From positions 1,312,001-1,376,000 of the forward strand of contig OZ244960.1 in NCBI GenBank assembly GCA_965222605.1: a stretch of 64,000 bases of DNA, given 5' to 3'. Shown here one piece after another: positions 22,401 through 28,760 of the stretch. Source of the DNA: Candidatus Latescibacterota bacterium. GTDB taxonomy: Bacteria; Latescibacterota; UBA2968. The position numbers and the translations under genes were made by a program. The notes beneath the pieces are model-generated. The model did not search any database and was not told where the DNA came from. It saw only the letters and a program-made list of their open reading frames with translations. Positions within the stretch are counted from its first letter, which is position 1. The number at the start of each line of letters is the position of its first letter.

Positions 22401-25400
22401 ACGTCAACGAGCCGCCGGAGTTTACCAGTGACGCAACCTTCCAGACTGGGGAAAACAACCCGTCCATCGGCCGTGTGGAGGCGCGCGATCTCGATAACGC
22501 CGATGACATCACCGGCTACACCCTCACCGGCGGTGCTGACCGTGACCTGCTTGAGATCGACAGCGCCGGCGCACTGACCTTCAAAGATGCCCCCAACTTC
22601 GAGGATCCCACGGACAACGGCAGGAACAACACATACATCATCGTGGTCACGGTAACCGGCGGCGCGGGAGGCCGCGCCCTGGCCGCACAGCAGACCATCA
22701 CCGTCACCGTCACCGACGTGAACGAACCGCCCCGTTTCACCAGTGACGGTGCCCTGCGGGGCAAGGAAAACATCCGTTTTGTCGGCCGGATCGTCGCCGA
22801 GGACGTCGATAGCGACGACCACGTCACAGGCTACGAGGTCACCGGCTGGGCCGACCGGGACCGATTCGAGATCGCCAACACCGACGAGCTGCACTTCAAG
22901 GAGGCCCCCGACTGGGAGCGTCCGGCGGCCTCTCATAGCGGCAACCAGTACCTCGTCGCGGTCACGGCGACCAGCGGCACGGGGACGAGGGAGCGACGGG
23001 GGCAACAGGGGATAACCGTCATCGTGGAGAACGTCGACGAACCGCCGGGCAAGCCCGATCCGCCCACGGTGAGCGACGAAACCGAGAGCAGCCTGACCGT
23101 GACCTGGACCGAGCCGGCCAACACCGGTCCCGACATCGCGAACTACCACGTCCAGTACCGCATAGGCAGCAGCGGTGCGTTCACCGATTGGCCGGACACC
23201 GGCCCGTCCCTGACCCGCACGATCACCGGCCTGCGCTCGGGCCGAACCTACCAGATCCGGGTACAGGCGGAGAACGCAGAGGGCAAGGGCGCGTGGTCCA
23301 ATTCCGTCAACGGGACCACGCTCACCGCGCCGACGGTTTCGAGCGTCGCGTTCACCTCCACCCCGGCCTCCGGGCAGAACAACACCTACAAATTGAACGA
23401 CGTGATCGACGTGACCGTGACCTTCAATGATGCGGTAACCGTCACCGTCACACCTCAGATCGACCTGACGATAGGTACTACCGTGCGCCAGGCCGACTAT
23501 AAAAGCGGCTCGACCACGACCCAACTCCTCTTCCAATACACCGTGCAGGCTGACGACGAGGACGTCGATGGCGCAAGCATCAACGCCAACGGCCTCAAGC
23601 TCAACGGCGGGGGCATCCGCAAGAACAACTCCACCATAAACGCGGACCTCGCGCACGACGCGCAGACCGATCAATCCGGGCACAAGGTCGATGGCGTTGT
23701 CCCGGCGCTCACCGAAGCGGAAGTAGAGGGAGACGAGTTGGCGCTGTTGTACGGCGAGGTGCTCGACAGCAGTTCCCAACCGGCGACCGGCGATTTCGCG
23801 GTAGCGGTAGATAGCGAGGCACGGAGCGTCTCTGAGATTGCGATGAGCAGCAGTGAGGTGAAGCTCACCCTCGCCTCGGCCGTAACATCGGGCCAGGCGG
23901 TAAGACTGACCTACACGCCAGGGACCCATCCGATCCGCGACCCGGCGCAGAACCCGGCTATCGCCCTCACGAATCTGACGGTGGCAAACCTAACTCAGGA
24001 CCCGACCATCAATATCTGCAACCGCACCGCGCAGGTACGCGACGCGATCGTCGCGGCTGCGCCGGTAAGCACCTGCGGTGCTGTAACGGCGGACCATCTA
24101 TCCGCGATTACCGTCCTCGACCTGGATGGCAAGAGCACATCGACGCTGAAAGCCGGGGATTTTTCCGGGCTGACGGCACTGGAATCTCTCGACCTGTCTT
24201 GGAACAGACTCAACAGCCTGCCGCAGAATATCTTTTCCAACCTGTCGGCACTGGAAAAACTCAAACTGTATGGCAACCAACTCAGCAGCCTGAATGATGC
24301 GGATATCTTTTCCAGCCTGTCGGCATTGAAAAGTCTCGACCTGAGAGGGAACGGTCTTCGCAGCCTGGACGCGAATATCTTTTCCAGCCTGTCGGCACTG
24401 GAAGTACTCTATCTGGGAGATAGCAACATACTCAGCAGCCTGGACGCGGATATTTTTTCCAACCTGTCCGCACTGGAAGAGCTCTACTTGAACGACAACG
24501 ACCTCAGCAGTCTGGATGCGAATATCTTCTCCAACCTGTCGGCACTGAAAACACTCTGGCTGAATAGAAACGACCTCAGCAGTCTGGATGCGAATATGTT
24601 TTCCAGCCTGTCAGCACTGAAAACACTCTGGCTGAATAGGAACGACCTCAGCACCGTGGCTTCGGGTACGTTTTCGGGTCTGTCAGCACTTGAAACGCTT
24701 CGCCTGGACTACAACGACCTCAGCAGTCTGGATGCGAATATGTTTTCCAGCCTGTCAGCACTGAAAACACTCTGGCTGAATAGGAACGACCTCAGCACCG
24801 TGGCTTCGGGTGCGTTTTCGGGTCTGTCAGCACTGGAAACGCTCTATCTGGACGGAAACGATCTGCAACCAACCTCCCTGCCGGTGGGCGTTTTTTCCAG
24901 TTTGACGGCACTTGAAACGCTTCGCCTGGACGACAACCAACTCAGCAGTCTGCCGGCCGATTTCTTTTCCGGGCTGTCATCACTTCGAGAACTCTTTCTC
25001 AGCGGTCAACAATCCGGTCACAAACTCGGCAGTCTGGACGCGAACACATTTTCCGGTCTCACCGCGCTGACAAGGCTCCACCTGGACGGCAACAACCTCA
25101 GCAGTCTGCCCGACGGCGTTTTTTCCGGACTGACCGCGCTTGAAGCGCTCATACTGGCGGGCAATACAGTCGATCCCCTGCCCATTACTGTTTCGCTGGA
25201 ATCGCCTGGCAGCCGTATATTCAGGGCCAGAGCGCACACCGGCGCGCCTTTTGCAATGACCCTCCCGCTCCAGGTGGTCAATGGCACGATCGGCGGTGGC
25301 GCCAGCAGCATCGAGATTCCCCAGGGCAGCGTGGAAAGCCGCCTTCTCTTCGTTTCCCGCACCGCCGGTACCACCGCTGCCGTCACCGTCGATGTCGGCA

Positions 25401-27919
25401 CATTGCCGGACTTGCCCTCAAGCGACAACGGCTACGCGCTCGTCAAATCCACCGACTTGCCGCTGGTAGTGATAGAAGGGCTACCGGGTGTGACAGTTTA
25501 TCCGACGGCGTTGACCATACCGGAGGGCAACAGCGACTCGTACACAGTGGTACTGCAATTGCAACCGACCGAAGACGTGACGGTCACAGTGACCGTGCCG
25601 GGAGGTTCGGATGCTTCCGTGAACCCCGCGAGGCTGACGTTCACGGAGGACAATTGGGACGATTCGCAAACGGTAACGGTCACCACAAAGACGGACACGG
25701 ACGACGCGGATGACACGGTCACGCTGAGTCATGCAGTAAGCGGCGGGAACTACGAGGGCGTGACCGCGGATAACGTGAACGTGACCATTGCAGAGGTGGA
25801 TGTCAGCGCCAACAATCGGCCGGTCTTCACCAGTGACGATATCTTCGACAAAAAGGAAAACGAAACCGAGGTCGGCACGGTGGTTGCCACGGATGCCGAT
25901 GCCAGAGACCCTATCACCGGCTATGAGATTACCGGCGGCGGTGCCCAGGCGCAGTTCTCGATCACGAGTGGGGGCGTATTGACCTTTGCGACCGCCCCCG
26001 ACTATGAGCGGCCACCCGCCACCGCGAGCAATAACAAATATGTCGTCGTGGTCACGGCGAGCAGCGGCACGGGCAGCCGGGAACGGACAGCGACTCAGAC
26101 GATAACCGTCAATGTAGATGACGTAGATGAACCTCCTGGACGGCCGCCGGCGCCGATACTGAGGGTTTTCAGCATCGGCAGTGGATTCGAGCCGGTCGTC
26201 CTGGTGCACGAGGGCCGGACAGCGCCGGCGAATACGGGTCCTGACATCACGGCCTGGGACGTTCAGTATAACGTCAAGAACAGCGGCGCCTTCAGAGCCA
26301 CCATTTTGAACAAGCCACCGGATGTGGTGCAGGAAATCACGGGTTTATTCCGAAACACGACCTACGAGGTGCGGTTGCGGGCGAAGAACGACGAAGGGGA
26401 GAGCGAGTGGTCTCCTTCGTCCGAGGCGACGATCCCTAACGCCTCGCCGATAGCCAGCGGCAGCATTGACGATCTGACGATGCCCGCAGGGGGCGCCGTC
26501 GCGGTCGTGTTCGTGGATGACGCCTTCGATGATCCCGACGATTTTCGCCTGCGATATACCGCGACGTCGAGCAACGGCGCCATCGCGACCGTGCGGATGA
26601 TCGGTGGCGTGGTCCTGATCGATCCGCTATCCGCCGGTACTGCGACCATTACCGCAACGGCGACCGACCCCTGGGGCGCGAATGCCTCGACAACCTTCGA
26701 CGCGACTGTTCAGACGCCGACCCTGTCGACGCCCACCCTGAGCATCAGCGACAATGTTTTCTCATTCGGATTCACCGATGACTTCGCCGCCAACGAAACC
26801 CGGTATTACGACGTCAGAATCCGGCAAAAGTCGCCTGTCGGACGGTGGTCCGGGGCATGCATCCGCACCACGAACACGGCAGATTTCTCCCGGAACATCG
26901 CGGCGGCGCTGGATATCCTGGCCTCCAACTTCTTTGAGCCGGGCGCCACTTATGAAGCGGATTACGGATACCTGGGCGCCGATTGCGGCGGCAGCGTCGT
27001 GGGCGTTCGCTCCGCGCCTGCCGAAGCGACCACCGCCGGAACGCCTTCCTTCGATATCGACCTGGTCTTCGTCGGCAGCATCTCCTCGAGCTACCAGTTG
27101 GCGGTTGAAGCCGCCGCCCGGCGCTGGGAGCAGATCATCACGCACGACATCCCCCACCATTCCTTGTCCGATAACGCGCGCATTTTCTTGAACGAGCTTT
27201 ATCCGGAGAACGCCGCCCCCGACAACGTCGATGATCTGCTGATCTACGTGAAAATCGTACCCATCGACGGAGAAGGAGGCACACTCGGTCAAGCGGGATC
27301 GGATGTGTGGCGCATTTCGTCCGCCTTGCCGATCGTATCCTTCATAGAGCTTGACGCGGACGATCTGGATACATTGTCCGACCGACTACTGGCAGCCCTA
27401 ATGCTGCACGAGATGGGTCACACCCTGGGATACGGCCTTGAACCGTGGACAGATCACAATCTGCTGCAGAACCCATCCCTCGATGTGTATAACAACCGCA
27501 TTGTTCCCGCGCCCGATACGCATTTCTCAGGCGCAAACGCGATTGCGGCCTTCAACGCCGCAGGCGGTTCGAGCTACACGGGCGCGAAGGTGCCGGTGGA
27601 AAACACGCTTGGGGGATCGGGCAGCCGGGACAAGCACTGGCGTGAGTCCATCCTCGACAACGAACTCATGACGCCCAGAATCAGCGATCGCGTTGCGCAA
27701 TCGCTGAGCGCGATTACGATTCAGTCACTCGCCGATATAGGCTACCGCGTCGATGTCACGCAGGCCGACGCCTACATGGTGCCCGACCCATCGACGCGAG
27801 TGGCCACGGCGTCCGCGGGGGATTCGGTTCCGATCAGCTGTGCGATCATATCCCGCCCCGGCGCCGGACCCGATGAGCCTGAGCCTATCATCTTGAATCT
27901 ACAGCCTGCGGGTAACTAA
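19493..27919 (+). CDS. Giant secreted multidomain protein, cassette 3 (intact): constant head, cadherin/FN3 repeats, SwmB-like, LRR solenoid, Calx-beta/Ig-like, C-terminal leishmanolysin-like M8 metalloprotease
   Basis: 2808-aa uninterrupted ORF (true start may be MKH at 19508). LRRs at ~24105-25165; HEMGHTLGYG at ~27407; DKHWRESILDNELMT. Confidence 0.93.
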   Translation: MDYANMKHRVKIFPLALGIASVLSLLLLVFPLSTQTSSFSLSLDLDNSEGDQAVSSLDVFPNRTVPIQIFCTDIASASDISLRFEFDPAQVAYEGFKRANIVSGTSALTGKDFANIGITLSNSNATNSGLIGTIHFRTTEAFSGTDILLVRARLVRGGQTETVSMDLSITLRLAKPPSPDFDRNGTVGIPDFLLFVDTFGSERGQDTYESKYDLNVDGEIGIPDFLIFIDSFGKVVNRAPVFTSEPPVTLSVPENTPSGQAIGEPISATDGDGHTLTYRLSGADADSFAIEESTGQIQTKGTYNFEQKDSYSLIVYVSDGEGGEASLAAGIAITDIDEPPGQPAPPSVSAIAPTTLTVIWTEPSNTGPEITDYDVQYRQADSDVFKDADYDGTERTVRLTELFSSTRYAIQVRATNEEGASEWSESSEWSTSALSLPPGGGGTPPPRPPPRPPPRPPPRPPPPPPPPPPQPPSNKPPTFDDGSSTTRSLAENTTGTHNIGNPIRATDPEGRTVSYSLTGGDTESFTIDPNIGQLRTQNSVDYNYEVRNRYSVRVEAADEQGGRATITVTIDITDDDNERPERPDRPAVTTSTLNSLSIRWTEPTNTGPDINDYDVQYRKASDSFDDWPHNGPGTSTTITSLEANTSYEVRVLARSPEGQSDWSESVTVSTVANQAPTFNEGSRTTRRLAENTTGTQDIGNPITAADSDGGTLTYRLEGTDQASFALNDNQLQTRASETYDYEEKNSYEVTVRVEDDQGGSNTIEVTINLINQQEPPETPDPPSVSAASSTSLAVTWDEPNNTGPDIDDYDIQYREGDSGGFTSWRHNSTDLTATITGRSPGTSYEVQVRAHNDEGTSDWSPSGTGSTDPNQPPVFTDGSSAARSFDENTTGVQDIGDPVGATDPENTALTYSLEGTDADAFTINSRSGQLRTKSDQTYDYEAQPRYVLRIKATDGHGDERTITVLINLNDVNEPPEFTSDATFQTGENNPSIGRVEARDLDNADDITGYTLTGGADRDLLEIDSAGALTFKDAPNFEDPTDNGRNNTYIIVVTVTGGAGGRALAAQQTITVTVTDVNEPPRFTSDGALRGKENIRFVGRIVAEDVDSDDHVTGYEVTGWADRDRFEIANTDELHFKEAPDWERPAASHSGNQYLVAVTATSGTGTRERRGQQGITVIVENVDEPPGKPDPPTVSDETESSLTVTWTEPANTGPDIANYHVQYRIGSSGAFTDWPDTGPSLTRTITGLRSGRTYQIRVQAENAEGKGAWSNSVNGTTLTAPTVSSVAFTSTPASGQNNTYKLNDVIDVTVTFNDAVTVTVTPQIDLTIGTTVRQADYKSGSTTTQLLFQYTVQADDEDVDGASINANGLKLNGGGIRKNNSTINADLAHDAQTDQSGHKVDGVVPALTEAEVEGDELALLYGEVLDSSSQPATGDFAVAVDSEARSVSEIAMSSSEVKLTLASAVTSGQAVRLTYTPGTHPIRDPAQNPAIALTNLTVANLTQDPTINICNRTAQVRDAIVAAAPVSTCGAVTADHLSAITVLDLDGKSTSTLKAGDFSGLTALESLDLSWNRLNSLPQNIFSNLSALEKLKLYGNQLSSLNDADIFSSLSALKSLDLRGNGLRSLDANIFSSLSALEVLYLGDSNILSSLDADIFSNLSALEELYLNDNDLSSLDANIFSNLSALKTLWLNRNDLSSLDANMFSSLSALKTLWLNRNDLSTVASGTFSGLSALETLRLDYNDLSSLDANMFSSLSALKTLWLNRNDLSTVASGAFSGLSALETLYLDGNDLQPTSLPVGVFSSLTALETLRLDDNQLSSLPADFFSGLSSLRELFLSGQQSGHKLGSLDANTFSGLTALTRLHLDGNNLSSLPDGVFSGLTALEALILAGNTVDPLPITVSLESPGSRIFRARAHTGAPFAMTLPLQVVNGTIGGGASSIEIPQGSVESRLLFVSRTAGTTAAVTVDVGTLPDLPSSDNGYALVKSTDLPLVVIEGLPGVTVYPTALTIPEGNSDSYTVVLQLQPTEDVTVTVTVPGGSDASVNPARLTFTEDNWDDSQTVTVTTKTDTDDADDTVTLSHAVSGGNYEGVTADNVNVTIAEVDVSANNRPVFTSDDIFDKKENETEVGTVVATDADARDPITGYEITGGGAQAQFSITSGGVLTFATAPDYERPPATASNNKYVVVVTASSGTGSRERTATQTITVNVDDVDEPPGRPPAPILRVFSIGSGFEPVVLVHEGRTAPANTGPDITAWDVQYNVKNSGAFRATILNKPPDVVQEITGLFRNTTYEVRLRAKNDEGESEWSPSSEATIPNASPIASGSIDDLTMPAGGAVAVVFVDDAFDDPDDFRLRYTATSSNGAIATVRMIGGVVLIDPLSAGTATITATATDPWGANASTTFDATVQTPTLSTPTLSISDNVFSFGFTDDFAANETRYYDVRIRQKSPVGRWSGACIRTTNTADFSRNIAAALDILASNFFEPGATYEADYGYLGADCGGSVVGVRSAPAEATTAGTPSFDIDLVFVGSISSSYQLAVEAAARRWEQIITHDIPHHSLSDNARIFLNELYPENAAPDNVDDLLIYVKIVPIDGEGGTLGQAGSDVWRISSALPIVSFIELDADDLDTLSDRLLAALMLHEMGHTLGYGLEPWTDHNLLQNPSLDVYNNRIVPAPDTHFSGANAIAAFNAAGGSSYTGAKVPVENTLGGSGSRDKHWRESILDNELMTPRISDRVAQSLSAITIQSLADIGYRVDVTQADAYMVPDPSTRVATASAGDSVPISCAIISRPGAGPDEPEPIILNLQPAGN

Positions 27920-27938
27920 TGTTGCGCACTGACACACT

Positions 27939-28736
27939 ATGGATTATACCAATATGAAACACCACATTAAAATATTCCCGCTCGCGCTCGGCACCTTCGG
28001 CTTGCTGAGCCTGATACTCTTATTTGCCCCGTGGTCTCTTTTTTCCCAAAATAGCAGCCCGCCATCCCCGGACTTTAATGACAATGGGACGGTTGATATC
28101 CCCGACTTTTTGCTCTTTGTCGATGCGTTTGGGTCTCAGGAAGGCCGGGAAAAGTATGATGCAAAATACGATCTGGACGGTAATGGCGAGATAGGGATTC
28201 CCGATTTTCTGATCTTTGTCGATAACTTCGGCGAAGTAGTAAAGCGCCTGCCGCCCACCTGCATGCCAACCTCAGGCCACCTGCACCCCAAAGTGACCCT
28301 GTCAGACAGAGCCGGGCAATACCAGCTAACGCTTGTAGAGGTTGTCAACGGCACCGACGCCCGCTCCGCACAGGGCACGCTTACCCTGCGCCAGCAACCA
28401 TCGGGACTCGAATCGCTGGGCAGTGCAGCGACACCATTGTACGGATTTACAAACGTGAATCTCCGCGCAGTTGGTGCTTATGAAGTCGGCGATCCCGATA
28501 GTGAAGACCCACAGGCACCGGGCGTTCTCGTGCTCGAAAGCGATCGCGATGGCACACGCCGCATATTGTTGCGCCTCGGCGCAGACGCCAATCGACGAGA
28601 CGACATGCTCTTCGACGGAGCCTATACGGTACTGGAAGTGCGGGAAATTGCCGCTGACGGTTTTGCAGGCACCTGGCGTAGCGGCCTGCGATTATCGCGT
28701 ATCGAAGGCTACTTTTGCGCGAGAAGAGAATTCTAA
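27939..28736 (+). CDS. Cassette 4: small secreted protein, signal peptide + dockerin/EF-hand pair + unknown ~150-aa beta-rich domain
   Basis: Same MDYTNMKH leader and signal peptide as cassettes 2 and 3. DFNDNGTVDIPDF...YDLDGNGEIGIPDF. Lacks the cohesin-like domain. Two Cys bracket the C-terminal domain. Confidence 0.85.
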   Translation: MDYTNMKHHIKIFPLALGTFGLLSLILLFAPWSLFSQNSSPPSPDFNDNGTVDIPDFLLFVDAFGSQEGREKYDAKYDLDGNGEIGIPDFLIFVDNFGEVVKRLPPTCMPTSGHLHPKVTLSDRAGQYQLTLVEVVNGTDARSAQGTLTLRQQPSGLESLGSAATPLYGFTNVNLRAVGAYEVGDPDSEDPQAPGVLVLESDRDGTRRILLRLGADANRRDDMLFDGAYTVLEVREIAADGFAGTWRSGLRLSRIEGYFCARREF

Positions 28737-28760
28737 GAACAACTTGAAAGTAAGGAATCT

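Noticed and set aside
12110-23929. Long minus-strand ORFs (12110-14011, 16634-18145, 22127-23929, also 4507-5388)
   Set aside because: Antisense shadows of GC-rich repetitive plus-strand genes; V/G/D/R-biased, no motifs.
10640-27928. Integron attC sites at cassette junctions
   Set aside because: AAC and GTT are only 4 nt apart, with no L boxes or long hairpin, and no intI; kept only as an unexplained motif.
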